Assembly (NCBI GenBank): GCA_002633005.1
Contig: NMRA01000047.1
Location: forward strand, 250,913 to 314,912
Reading direction: 5' to 3'
DNA: 64,000 nucleotides
Origin: Phoronis australis
Taxonomy: Eukaryota > Animalia > Phoronida
Part shown: piece by piece, positions 26,201-41,200 of the stretch
How positions within the stretch are numbered: position 1 is the first letter of the stretch
Layout: each line of letters starts with the position of its first letter
Position numbers and translations under genes: made by a program
Notes under the pieces: model-generated
What the model saw: only the letters and a program-made list of their open reading frames with translations
Told to the model about the DNA's origin: nothing
The model's database searches: none

Positions 26201-29200
26201 TCATCTATTACTTTATCGGGATTCTGAAACATTTATGAACAGTGCACTGTATGAGACAGTGTATGTAGGCTTATACGCAAAGCTGTGCCTATATCTGAAG
26301 GGGCATGCTCCTAATGCTCCAATATGCAAAACACTTATGAGTAAAATCTAGTTGTAAAAATCTTAAAATAGCATGCGAGTAAAGTTAGAGAGACTTTTTA
26401 AATTAACGCTATTGCTACTATCAGTAATTTAGTAAATAAGTTTTACTACAGTTAGCCGATGTTTTCCTTCATGTCATGGTTCACTGCTCATGAATATAGT
26501 TGTCTTTCAATTGTCTTTTCTTGTTATTTTGTTGTCGAGCGGCCTCTAGTGGCAGTACACAAGGTTCGAAGAAATCACCCACAGGCATATGGGACTACAT
26601 GCCAATTCAGTTGCATGAAGAATGTGTCAGAGCTGACACAGGAAATCAACCCTTTTTACAAGGAGGCACCAATTGAACACCATTCAACAATCTTTTCGTT
26701 CATGCATAGTACGAGTTGTCAACTGAACACTGACATTCACACTCCCTACTAAAAATACTCCAAAGGATACGATCTTGACATAAAAATTTTCCAGAAAAAT
26801 ATTAGCGCTTCCAAAAATGTTTTTGTGCTCTTAACCATGATTAAATGGTGTTCGTGTCAGCACCGATATAGAACAAAAAGTGATTACAGTTTCTTTACGT
26901 ATGACTGATAAAACCTATGGTACACGCTGAGTCATCAGATAGCAATTTTAGAGCCGGGCAAAGAGCGTCAAAGCACACCAACCTTGACAGCAACACATAC
27001 CGAATGTTCTGTTATAGTAATAGTTGACGGAGCAACAGCTACATTGACGAGTGCCCACTTGTCACGCGAAACCTTGGTGTACAGCTTCTCTATAGCAGCG
27101 TTAAGAACGTCCACACCTGTAGGCCAGAGGTCAGTGGTTAGAAATCAAATTTTTAAAGGTATACCACATCCGGACTTTTTTACAAATGAATAAAACTTGC
27201 ACTGGGATCAAAATTGCATCCAATCAACTCCTTGCTTTTATCGTCGCCTTAGTACACTAACACTGCTATAGTATGCACTGGGCATGCAGCTGATGTCAGA
27301 CACAGACAAAGGTGAAGACAATTCAGAAATGAAGCAACTGTTGCTGCAGCTGCCAAACATAAATTGATCAAACAAAGTTGATGACTGTTCATAATGTTAT
27401 GTGATGCAATCTACGCGATTGTCTATTTATAGAATGCCTAGCTGGTGAGCTGCCACATTGGTCTGAGGAGGTTTGTTTATCATGTAATATGACTTTTTAA
27501 ATCATAATTTAATTTATTTATAATGTTTAATCTTGATGCTACAACTTTAAAAAGAACATCACCTTTAACAATAAGTTTCGTCAATTTTGTATATTTTAAT
27601 TACTATTAAAGACATTTTGAACCTTTTCTCTCCATGTCAATAAAAACGACATAGCATTCTCAAACCAGAATGTGCGACATTCTGATCAAGTCACACAGTA
27701 CCCAGTTGGTCTGTTCACCTGTTGTATTAGGCATTTTTGGTCAATTTGACATACTTTACATACTATCTAAAACTATTTACAGCCTTTGAAGTCCAATTTT
27801 TACATACCAACGTTGAAACTGAAAATTTGCGGGTGTCTTGGTCAGCGACTCCAGAATACAGCTTAACATTTGGATCAGCTGACATTATTGAAATTTGCTC
27901 CCCAACTTCTATTCTGGAGAATTGTTATCCTTATCAATTTTTCTTTCAAGTAAGAGAGTTCAAATTGCTTTCCACAGTAAGTAAAATATGCTGAATTGAC
28001 CAGAAAAGCTAATAACAGAGATCGCATGTGTTGAATGTTCAAATCCTATGACCCTTTAGCCTGATTGCATACATAACACAACCCAAGCATCATTACCAGT
28101 AGGTCTCTGCACTGTGGTTGAGCCCAGGTAATGAGCCCTCAAAGTCTTCTTGGGCTCCTCCATAGGTGTAGGGAAAGACTGATCTGTAACCAAACAGAAA
28201 TGAAGATGTAGATTTTGACAGTTTTAAATGAAAGCAAAATAGACTTCATAGTATGCACAAGTTTGTCAAGCTTGAAGTTATGCATTATGTCCCAGTTATT
28301 TCAAATCATTTAATTTATATTTTACTATTTTACTAGGAGGGTAGCCCGATCAGTGACATCATTGGTCTTCCTCACGACCCACTGCAAACACCATCTCAGT
28401 TACACGGCAGCACAGGTCCACACTGCTACATAACAGGGAACAACTTTGATATCAAATAATTACCCAATTGAGAATTATACAAACCATTGCAAACGCACAA
28501 AAAAGTATCAGGTAATGTTTATGGGACTGAACATCGCGAGCAAACATTTTAACCTATCAATAAAAAATTGATTTCAATCTTGTTAATAATTTCAAGTGAG
28601 TTACACTGAACAACAGCTAATGTTACAATGCCCATGCAAAACTGTCATAACATAATAATTACTTATCACAAGAAGCAGACACACACGCCTATGGAACTAA
28701 AATTTCAATCTGAGATGCTGAAGGAGAAGTTTTGATAACTTGTGGCCATTGTAGATTTGTTGATTTAAGAAGCACAAAACTAGTAATGCTCTTTAAAAAA
28801 ATTCAGATGCTTATTCAGCCAAAAAAACATATTTTGCTGAAGTCTGTGCATTTCTCGAAAATTGAGTTTGTGGTGCAGTATTTTTTCAGTAGCACACTTT
28901 TATAAAGAAAATCAACAAGCAAAAACGGCGTAGGATTCGTTATTTACTGGCTTGTCTGAATCTGTTATAATTTGCAACTGTACAAAAATTAAGTTTATCA
29001 AAACAGCAACAAAAGTTCCTAAGTTACTTACTTTTTAATTCACTGTTTCACATTGAACGGAATATCCAGATTAAATAAATGTTAATAACTCTTTAAAAGA
29101 CCAACCGGTACATGAAACATTAAGTGCGAAAAATGAAAACTATTTACACCGAAATGGGTCAAAATTGAGTTAAAAAATGTTTCACTGAATCCACTACAGA

Positions 29201-32200
29201 ACTGAGCATGCTCAAACCTTAATACAGCTACAATTAAAATAAAACGATCATAGCATGCGTCCTTATAATATGTTACAAACCATCTCATCCATGGTGACAA
29301 CACCCAACGGTCGACTACACTGACAAAACTTACGCCTATAGTATTTTTCAAGATTTATTTTTTGACCATAATGGTGACCTGCTTTTTCCAGATTCGGTAG
29401 ATTCGTAGGTCTATTAGCTGGCATCTTGGAGGCCTGCTGTCCCGCAGTCGGTGGTGAAGAAGCACTGTGATTTGCTGCTGGGTTGCCAGTGCGTTCCAAC
29501 ATAATCTTTTTACAAATGTCCTTTAACGTGTTGGCAATATGGCGGGCCGGCGTATCACAGCGGAACACGTGACACTTGTGAACGCGGGTCACTTTGTCTC
29601 GAGCGACGTAAGCAAAATCTCTGCAACCAATTAAAATACATCACTCATACATGTCAGAATGTTTTTCAACTGATGAATAACTACTCCACCTTTTACCATC
29701 CTCTAATAGAATGTCTCAAAATACATCGATATAGACAATTGCAAAAAGTCGACAAACAAACAATAAGTTTTACCTGGCAACGTTTTGTTTGTCGGGTAAA
29801 ATGGCGGCTTGGAGACAAAGGTTTGCCAAGAATGCTGCATTCTGATTGGTCAGTTAAGCCGTCACTCAAATTCCTGGCGATAGGTCAATTATGAAATGAC
29901 AACAGGAAACTTGCAGACCACCAGGGGCCTGCTCATGTGGGATAGATGACACCTAGCGCCACCTGAGGGATAGTTCTACTTCGCAGTCCCAAAATGAAGA
30001 ACATCTGTAGAAGTGTCACAATGTAGGCACGAGAGACTGCCACCCTTTATTCAAGACTAAACTATATAAATGGCCAACCCGGCACAGCACACTTCAATAA
30101 TATACTTTAAATCATGCATGCTGTTATTGGTCTATTTTAAGTTTGGTATTCTCCAGCCTCAGACTGCAGTTATCAGTATCCAAGTAACCAATTGACATTG
30201 TTTTTTACAAAAGTTTCCCAATTAACGAAGACTGAGTGAGGTTCACCCAATCGCAAACAAGGAAAACGGAAATACACAATGGACTAGCCTATGCTTATCA
30301 CAAAAGGCTTTACGATAATTTATTAAACTATTTCGTATAACGATTGGGTCACCCACCACAGGCATTCACTCCTGAAACATACTGGACAGTTTAAAACACA
30401 ATCTCAAGAAGAAGTCAAAGGTCAAAGTTTTGCTCAAGTCCCCAGTCTTGTCACAAGCCTCCACTACACACAACTTCGTACCGCGAACTGTCGTATACAT
30501 CTATACTACAAAGCATAACATATATGCAATTGTGCAAACACATTTTACATTTTGACAATTAGATTCCTGTTTTCTTCAGATTTAAAAAAATTAAAAAGGT
30601 TTAATTATTTATTAACATTTCTGTCCCGCTTGTTTTCATTGTATTTACCGTCGACTCATAGGAGGTAAGTATTTTTGACGAGATCGTTATATGATAGAGG
30701 GAAACATTCAAATAAAAATAAATTTTTCAATAACATTTAATTAGCCACAACAAATGCACACCCTGAGTCAACATACAATACCTCTACTTCTATCTGCTAT
30801 TGGCCGAATTGAGCACATCTGAATCTGACAAAGCTCAATAACTGAGCAAAGTTTTCAACATGAGATACATAATGTTCAGTCACTAGATTATTGTTTAGAA
30901 CAATCGATATACATAGGTATAGACACTATACAATAATCGGAGCAGCGCTACCTAAAGTAATACGGTAATTCACCTGCAGACAGCTAGAGAGGCCTAAAAC
31001 ACATCACCAGTCAGACGGAATACAAGCGGAGATAAACCTGGCTTTTAGCAACTAAGCCTTAACTTTGATTGGTGACCAGCGTGAAAGGCAAAGCTGATTA
31101 ACACAAAATTGCAAATCACAATCTAAACAGCTTTCATTGATTTACGGATTTCAATTTCCTCTTGCAGAATTGTAAGAGGACGTGCACGTAAAAATTGTGT
31201 CAAGCACGCGACACAATCGAAGTTTGAACCTGGAAGTCAGATTATACCGCAACTAATCAATAACAATTACTAGATGTAAACAGATTAAAATAGTACTGAA
31301 ACTTCTCCTTTATGAAAGCTGAAACAGTTTGCTAATGTATCAAAAAGGCCCAAAACTATTTTGTTGGACACAGAAAAAGGTTTTAGCAAAATACCTAATT
31401 GTTACACAAATTGGGCTAATTTACGTATTTGCGATTTCAATCTTGAGTGATTTACTCGAGGAACACAAGAATGTGCACCTACACATTTTTAGTTATAAAA
31501 CTATACCATTGTCCATTTTTGACAAGAAACCCTACCCCAGAGGTCAAATATGTTTGCCCAATCATGCGCCCAACATCCCCGCAGGACTGGAGAATGCTTG
31601 AGCTTTAAGTACACAAGATGAGAGGACTGACATCATCAGAAACTGATAGAAGTGCACGATTTTAATATATTAAGTAAATTAGAGATTACAAACAGAACCA
31701 AAAATATATTGCATCTGTTGAAATGGAAGCAAGAAATAAAGGGCAGTTTTTGCCATGACCTACGGTGGACATCGCCAAGAGCTTGCGAGAGACGCACATA
31801 TAGAATGAAATAATTAGCACCCATTACACGTCTGTCACAGAACAAGGTTATACTTCAAAGTTTTTCTCAAAACTCCATTGAATATTTTGTGGAGTTTTGA
31901 CTATAATATCTTACAGTGTAACCCGTAGGTAACAACGCAGATGGAGATACTGCCAATACAACACCCCACAACAAATCATGAATCAGCAGCCTGTTAACAA
32001 CCAACTGCTACATGCAAACTATTCCACAGAGCTGATGGCACTCGACAAAATCAAGCCAGAGTGACGTGTAAGAGTCTTTTACAGCCACCAACACAACAAC
32101 AAGTGTTCAATGCAACACCAACTAAGAAGCAATTAAATTGAAGCATCAGTCAAATCCACAAGGACTGGAAATCATTTTGGATCAGTAGCTTGACTATAGC

Positions 32201-35200
32201 AGCTTTCCCATTAGAAGCAATCTTCGATTTTACCAAAGTTTCGGTAAGTTGGAAAGGTTAACTCACAGTAGTTAACAGTGGCGGATCTAGGATACCATAA
32301 GGGGGGGCATTTTTTGTTGTCTTGGGGAATCGGACAAAGTGTGATTGCATATGTAGCTCAGGCCCGAACTTGCGGGAGCCGGGTGTGTGAAAAATCTATT
32401 CGGAAAACCTACCGGTGGACTAAAAAAAACGGGAACGCCGGCACCCCCTTCTCCGCATCCTAGTTGCTTCCTCAATATTTTCTCCTGCCCCCTCCCCCCA
32501 AATCCTCCTACGGTTAGTGAAACTTCACTGAAAATAGTGCGATTTAAAAGTGAAGCTTCGATGAGTACCGAAACTTTGGTGTAATGGGAACACTAAAAGG
32601 GAAGCTTTATTGAAGTTATTGATTGAGGTCGCGGCAACGATGACATAAAACTAGCAAAAGGTGGTCTTGGTTATTGTAATGTAGCCTACGTGCTCTCAAT
32701 AGACAGACATAAATAAATAAAAGAAAGCATAACTGATGAAGAATGACATGGATAATTTTCGTAAACACTCGTAAATGGCAGGTGAACAACTACTCAGTAT
32801 TTGTTTGAGAGTACGAATGAACTGCATCTTCTGTTGTCATAGTGATAAGTACAATATCGCTGTGAAGTTATAAAGGTAAGTGAATTTTTGGCGAAGCTTG
32901 GTAAACTGAAGTTCCTCTAATGGGGAAAGAGAACTATGACTGCAGCAAACATATGATCTATAACAACAAGTGAGATATTTAAAATTTGAACATTTACTTT
33001 AAAGTGGCAATAAACCATGTTTTGTCAAAGGAACTAAAGGTTGACTTAGACACATGACTCTTACAAAATGATCTCCATTTGTCAAAGGAACTAAAGGTTG
33101 ACTTAGACACATGACTCTTACAAAATGATCTCCATTTGTTCTTAACTCAGATGAGAAGTTCTTCGCGACTTTGAAATTGTCACAAGCTCAAAGCACTTAA
33201 TGACCCACTTGCCAACTTGGATAGTCTTGTCTCAAGAAATGCTAACTGTCAGTTTATGCAGTCAAGAAATCACCATTGGAACAGTTTAAGGCCAATTTCA
33301 TAACAATAACGTGTCTAAGTCATAAGCCGTTTCCAACCAATGGCAGGTTTACTGCCACTTTAAAAAATGACACCAGACTAATATTGTTCACCTCACCTTA
33401 CAAAATAATTGCAACTTCACCCCAGTAATTCTAATATATTTCTCAAAAGACAACCCAGTTACTGGCAAATTCTTAAAACAGTCAGTGAACTGAATTCATT
33501 AAATTTCAGGATTCCTTTTGTGCATATAAATGCAAACAACGCCCACAGGTTATTTCTAACGATTTGAACTTTAAACCATAATTTTGAATCCTTTTGTGCC
33601 CTGTCATAAAATACAAATAAAGTGGACGTAACTACAAAACTATAGGCTTTGAACTTGGAGAACCAATCTCACCTGGTGTGAAACCAATGATATTACACCT
33701 CAGGTTTCCCAAACAGTTATAGTTATCACAGTCCCTACACGGTAATAAACTATAATTTGGAATGAGCTACTAATGATACAGTCCACATCGAGCAGTTAAT
33801 TATTGCAAAGCTGAGAATAATTATGCGGTCTATTGACGACGGTGATATCATCAAAGAAGCAAATCAGAGAGCCTTCAGGAAATATTGATCCCAACAGACG
33901 CACTTTGGCAAGCCAGATGAGACGATTTTGAGTCCAATCATGAGCGATTAGTTGGCAGGGGTCCAACTAGTTGGATAATCCAGTGAATGCAATATACCCT
34001 AACTCAATTTTTCAAAAGTTAACAGCAATGCTCAAAATAATAAAAATTATTTAAAGTATTAATTGTTTTATGACATCTAAGCAGTACAAACTAATGAAAT
34101 AAAATTTTCCTAGTGCTCACTCATTGTGTTGAGAAACGTGAAAAAAAGAATTTCCATGTATCGGCTACGTAGTGAACTAAATGGGTCAATAATTACAGTC
34201 AATTATCAATGCAAACACTCAGAAAAAAGCAATGACTAATTTCCCTAAAATACCGACCCAAATCGCAACCTAACTGTAAGTACCCAGAGGCTTTCTCAAT
34301 TTCAAATATTACAACAAAGCCTGTCTACTTTATTCTCTGCATTAACTGCTAAGCACAACTTTTCAGACCCTCATTAAGCGCTAGCTCGAAATGGGCATTT
34401 TGAGTTGCCCAGAACGATGCCTGATTTTCCAAAGCTGCTCGAAATTTCCAAGAAAATGGATTCAGAATGGATACGCCAATAACCTACATAATGCGACAAC
34501 TGACAAGTGGTGACACCTAGGGTTCATAAAATAGAAGTTTATGGATATAATACCATGTGAATTCCACAACACAATCAAAATAGATAATTTGACGCCAGAG
34601 TGCGTCAATGACGGTTGCTTGCCACCATATAATTGCACATGTTTTTTTACCTTAATATTATTTGTTATCATTACACACAATTCTTGGCTCATGAAAAAAA
34701 CAGGACATTTAAAAACATACCCTGAAGCATCTGCAGACTCATGCAATATCTGACTAGCAATGAGAACGGCTCCAAACAAGGTTTATTTCATGAAAGTAAA
34801 TTGAGTTTTAAGACAGAAATTTGGTCTTGCGCTCCCAATTCACAGTTGATGAAAAAACATTTAATGTGAAATAACTAGTTTTGAGTGCATCACAGTCTAA
34901 AAATAATTTAGAGAAATTATCTGCGCAGTAACTACCAGTAATGCGTATATTCTCAGAGACTCGGATGTTTTGGTAAAGTGAGATTTAATTATTTTTTCAG
35001 AAATAGTTGTGCAGGAACAAATCTCAAGCTACTTTTCATGGAGCAAACCGCATCACGTAAATCGCTTTATCGTTATTGAAAACAGATCAAACATCTAGTC
35101 AATGTTAAAAAGAATGTCTATCGGATAAAATTAAACTACAACAAGCAGCCAAGTGCCAAACAATACTAGTACTATGATGTGCCAAGACAATAGCAAGCAT

Positions 35201-38200
35201 TGTCAGAGTTACATCTCATCATAGTGGAACCACAACTGCTCCATACCAATGATTACACCACAGCAAGATTTCCAGAGTTGGGACAATTATGGTACGACCA
35301 AAGTGTTTTGCTTTCAACTAATAATTGTTGGCCGTAAAACTGTAATCACAGCAGAATATGGACAGACAGACAGACAGAAAGACAGATAGTCAGTAGTATG
35401 GATAGAAATAGCTTGCTGCTTGTGATAAATTTCGCATTTGCCTTTTATCAAAATGAACATATACTGCAGAAAGAAAGAGTAGATTTAGACAATAATGTGG
35501 GATGTGTTCTGTGAGAAAGGTTGCCGTGATCACGCGCTTCACTTCTAATGCATGGCAATATCTCAAAGATTTGTGCAACCTTGTGACTTCCTTGGGTCCA
35601 CAGAACGCAGTTCCGTTGATAAATGCTTGTCGATAACAAGTACCAAAGTGAATCTAAGAACATTGGGGAAAGCTTGGGTTTAGCTCAGGGGAAACAGCAG
35701 CGGCAAAACATAGAAATCACGTGACAACTTACAGTGAACAGAAAAAAATTCACAACAGTATGTTACTGAACAAAGCCACTTCACACCCATAAAATATTTC
35801 ATCAGTTTCTGGATTATCTGTTGTAGCTGGTCCCTATGTCAAGAGAACGCAAAACAAATAATAGTACATCAACAGCCACTACAGTTGGGCATGCGACAAA
35901 TAATTACCTCTCTCTGAGAGTGAGTTAAAAAGCACAAGATGAAACAATGTTACGCCACTATGCCACCACAACGGTAGTGCTGTAAGTATTAGAATGTCAC
36001 AGTGCTCGCCACATCACAACTAGATGCACTGTGGTCATGCGCCAAATCTATTAAGTGCGTTTCATGTGTCAACATTTACCCTGCATAAATAGTAAGCCCC
36101 CATGAAAAGAAAGTATTGAAATTAAGATTATGTAGGACCCTAGTGAAAGTCGTATCTCAGAAATGGCAGATGAGATTCATGTGAAACTTTCAGATACTGC
36201 GCTTTTGCACTGTTCTCCAAAACACTGTTGAGAATTGTCTTTAAAATGCTCCACTGTTGCGCTATTGCTGTCAAAACAAGGGTTTTATGAATTTCGCGAA
36301 AAACTAATAAACTGGATAAAATGGAAACAAAACAAATAATTTAGTTACCCTTGATTTGCTACAAATTCATAACCTTTAGTTTATATTTTTGCTAAATTTT
36401 AATAAAAAGACATTGCCACGAGACTAAACAAATGGCATATTGCTAAAAAATCAAAAATCAAATTCTAAAAACTTTCTACTTTCAGAAAATAATTTACATT
36501 TACGAAGCTGATGTCTGCAGGTTTGTAGATAGTTGGCTGACTACATGGACTTGTCGATAAGATTCTACATAACCTCAGCGCATTATTCAAATCATAATGT
36601 GAGTGCATATGGTGGGCCTGCATCTTGTGTGACTACTACCTTAAGACATGGGTGTGTTTCTAACACCAGAGTTATTTTGCTTCGATTTGGCGTGTCAGAA
36701 AACCTAGGGAGGTTTTAACGCAAGGCGACCTAACACTTCACGTCTTCCACACATCAACGTATACTGCTATCCGAGCTGAACCACAAGGGTGACATTCTTG
36801 ACATGTTGAACCATCTCAGTTTTATCATACTTTAAAGCCTCAGATTTCAGGCCTTTACATGCACTTTCAAGAGAAATAGATTCAACTCTTCTATCTTCGT
36901 TACATTTCCCATCATTGAATGTGATTACCCACTGTCAGTGTTTTGTTCCCTTCACTTCAACATAGGGAGATAACTCTCACTCACCTGCCGTTGTCCCGTC
37001 CAACGCCCCACACACGGATCGACTGTATGAGCTGCGAGTTGAGTAGTGAGAAGTCTTGGGGGTCAATCAGCTTCAGGTTGACAGAGTCAAGGTCCATGTA
37101 GAGGTCCTTGCCCTGCAAATAGCTCAACATTAATTGTATGGTAATGGTGCTGAAAATTTTGCTCATCAAACTATAGCTTTCAAATTTGCCTAGCTTTGTG
37201 TGCATGTTATGGAGAAAGGTTTTAAGGAGAGAAACTTTGTGAAAAAATCTTATCGAATTTCAGCAAACTGTTCAATCCTTAACTTATTTTATCAGCAAAG
37301 TTAAATAGTAAGTCCACAACTGGAACCCCATTATAAACCAGTAAGACTCTAACTTGAGGGTTTTCAGTTTACTACATCGACTGTTTTGACCAGCAGCTAT
37401 GCTCAAAAACACAGAATGAACTGTTACAATTTATGAAAAAGATAATGATAAGAATTTCTTGAGCGGAGACCAATGTCCTTCTGGGAGAAAGTTTACTTAT
37501 TCAACGAGTAAGACGACCGCAAACCTATATTTAGTAAAATTATAGCAACTATAGAGTTAAAACCGCACAGAATATGTTTACTAGCCACCATCCACAATGG
37601 TCATTGTTTCTGCGGTCTAGGCCAGGATATTTTGCCACAAGTATACTTGGACTAATTGCTGCAAATTACAAACACTTTGGAAATGAAGATTTGACAAACC
37701 GACAAAATACATCACAAGCAAATTTTTGAAAAGTCTTTTACTGTAATTCGAAAATTGAGATCTGCCATGAACTCACATCACCCCATCGTCCGACCACATC
37801 ATTGATATCATTTCGTCCAAGAGAAAGGTCAATAATGCACTTGTTCACTGCCTTGCTACTTCGTTCAGGGGTCAGGTCTTCTTCAGCGATCTGTACCCAA
37901 CCCAGAGATCTAACAGCGAACCTGATGGGACTTTCGCCGTTACTGGAAGCTGAACTGTTGGTCTTGGTGGGCTTAGCGGCACCCTCTTGCGTATCTCTGG
38001 AAAGTGAATTGCATAAAACTATGAAGTGTTTTCTCTCGGGTTCTGTACAAGATAAGTATCAATTCCAAGCTGAGGTTGTGCAAAATATACAATAGTTGCA
38101 TAGTGATGACAAGTTACAAAATAAAGAAATTAATAGCAAGACAGTGTCTTGTAGCAGCCAGTTTAGACATTCAGCAGAAAGACCAGCTTTAAAAAGAGGT

Positions 38201-41200
38201 GAAATACCGGAATAAAAAAAATAAACACACATTAAATATTAAGTTGAAAATACCAAACAACCCCTCCATGTGGGAATTCACAAAAAATCACCTGGCTTTG
38301 TCAAAGTTATAGCAAAAGCTCAGGAGGAAATCAGTCTTAATCATTTGACAATTAGACAAAAAGTTTTGGTTCAAAATTTAGTTGATTTTTGATGAGGAAA
38401 ACTATAATCAATATTTTTTTGAAAATTACAATACAGTACAAAATGTGAACAGCACTTCAGCAGGTACCTACTTTTTACTGCCAAAATTCTCGTTGCATAT
38501 TTCAGATTTCCCATAACCACATTGCACACTTATCGTTTCACAATTCTTCTACATTGATGGCCTATTTTCAAATAACTCTCACGTCTTGACTCCTAATATT
38601 AAGCAGTTTTAGCCCCCAATGTAATATGAAGCATAATCTAGCATCAGCTAAGTGTTTGAAGGCTTGTGGACGTCACTTTAAATTATTAGCAAGGTAATCA
38701 TAACAGGCAGGTCCCTCGAACATGCAACACTTACTGTATACTCATCAATGAGGGATCACTAGAAAAAGAGAATGGTTATTTGTGTTTACAGACACATGAA
38801 GTGTATGGTGATGTAATCCAAGTCCATACAGGGTGCTGGTTACGCAGGACACCAGAGGAGATTGAGTTATGTGATAGTGTTTCAAAAGTCCAAAGGATTT
38901 ATAAAACCGAAACAGAATATTCAATTAATGTCTTTGTGTAAATGAACTAGGTTACAGGTGTTTCGATCATCATCGAAAACCAACTTTTGTTTGATGAATG
39001 CAAGAACAATGTCTAAAGAAAATTAGAATTTAAGATATTGTGCTCGCTTGACAGCACCAAATTGTAGATATCCCACAAAATGGCACCGTACACACATTAT
39101 TGGACAAACAGATGGGGGGGGGCAGTTTATAAGATGCCTGACAGGCGCGTCATACTTACAGGGCTTTCAGTGACTCAGCAGCGTATTTGAAGGCATGCCC
39201 TTCGAACTCCTGCAGATGGTCTACTGTGGGTGGAGCAACGCTGGCGCTGGTGAGGCTAGTGGTGGTGGCGCTGGAGCTAGTGGCACCGGCACCGATGGTG
39301 GCTGTAGATGACGCGGTGGAATTCTAGTAGGACAAGTAAACAATTACATGACCATCATTTGATCTGCTGTAAAAGACTGAACCATTAACGGGATAGGCAC
39401 AATGTTAAGCATTTAATTATGATTTCAGAAGTCGCATACAGGACACACAATCGTCCGTAGATCAACGCGACAGCTCCCCAGCAATGCCGTCTATAGTGGA
39501 TTTGCGCCACAGGTCAACATGAACAGACAACAATTTTGATTGGTCAATGCATGTCTGTGTCAACTGCAGCAATGATCACTTCAATCTGACTAGTTTATTT
39601 TTTGAATTGCCTAAAGACTGTCAGCCAAAAAGTGGCACACATTCATCAACACAACTTGTATGTGATTATTTTCACATTAGAGTGTGTCTGATGTCAGCAA
39701 CTTGTTCAGTATTAACATACTGAGGTGATGAGAAAAGCAGCAATTTGGTGGAATATGCTTTGATCCTATCACAGGTTGTACGACCATACAGTCAATATGT
39801 ATTTAATGTCAGTTCAAAAAACAGACTTTTAATAATAACTTAATAAGTTTATAAAGTTCATAAAAGTCTGGGTCACTCTCAAGACTCAGTGAAGCTTTCT
39901 ATTGGTAGTCCAAAAATCACACACAACAGCAGAAAATGAGTCATGTATTTCTATTGACAGATTCGCAAGCAGGGAAAACGTTGAAACTTTTAGTACATTG
40001 CCTAATAATGCTCTGATTTGCAATCATGATGCAGAAGGTGAACTGTGAGATGAAACCACTGATACTAAATGATACAAGGCCACAGTTACAATTGTGAACA
40101 GTGACGAACTTAGAACAGTTCTAAACTTTAACATTACGAGTCAAGGTCAAAGTGTTCCATTCCTTTACCGTTGGTTTAGAGTGCACAGTTGTGGGTGCCT
40201 TGTTCTCGTTTCTAACACCAGGGGGATCAGGTGGTGGAGCCTCTCTTTGGATTGTTCCACTTTTTACATGCCAGTAATAAGGACCATCCTCATCTGAAAA
40301 AATGAAATTAGAATACAGCAATGTTTACATTGAGATTACAGACACAATCACAGTGAATGATTCTAAACTCTTTAGGTGACTTTAGTGAGACACTGTGCCT
40401 CCCACAGAAATGCGTAAATTCATGTAGTCAAGTGTGACCGTGAGGCCAGATGCCCCATTGTTAATGAATTGCTTCCGGTTCTCAAGCTATTCAAATGATA
40501 AAAAGGGGGCCATTTGTTCATGAGGAAGATGGAGCAAATATCAAGTTATCCATTCAAATCACAATTTTCTGCCAACAGAGAAGATCAACTTTTCTAAATC
40601 ATTACAAATTTGTGAATAGTGGAAAAACTCAAAGTGTACATGTCCCTGAACAAAATTATATGAATTCATATGCTTTATACCACCTAGCTTATTTCAATCA
40701 CCCTAGATTAAATAAACAACAAGAAGAAAATATAGCAGATCCAGGATTTTTAAAAGGGGGGTCAGATTGAGGATTTTTTAAAAAGGGGTCCAAGTCAACA
40801 ATTTGAAAATTCTAGATTTGATATCACTAAAATCAAGGCAAAAGGGGTCTAAACCCCATTGACCTCTTGGATCTGCCTATGTGCTATGAATTGACCTCAA
40901 TCATTTTTCAAAACATTTTCACAAAAATAACGTTTGCACCTAGATATCACAAAGAGATCCACCAAGCTGTCTACCTGCCAACAGTCAAAGCTGTAAAAAA
41001 ACATTCCTTCAGTACACATTACACAACCCTGCCTCATAAATCCTTGGCTACAAAGAGCACGATCACGATACTTAAATCAATGTGGTGCTTTGAAATTGGC
41101 AAGGAATTCGCACTAAGTCTTGTTTGGTAGCACAAACCAAAACTTGATCATTTCTTTTTATCCTATTACTGAGAAAATATAAATCATCCTCAGAGACTGC

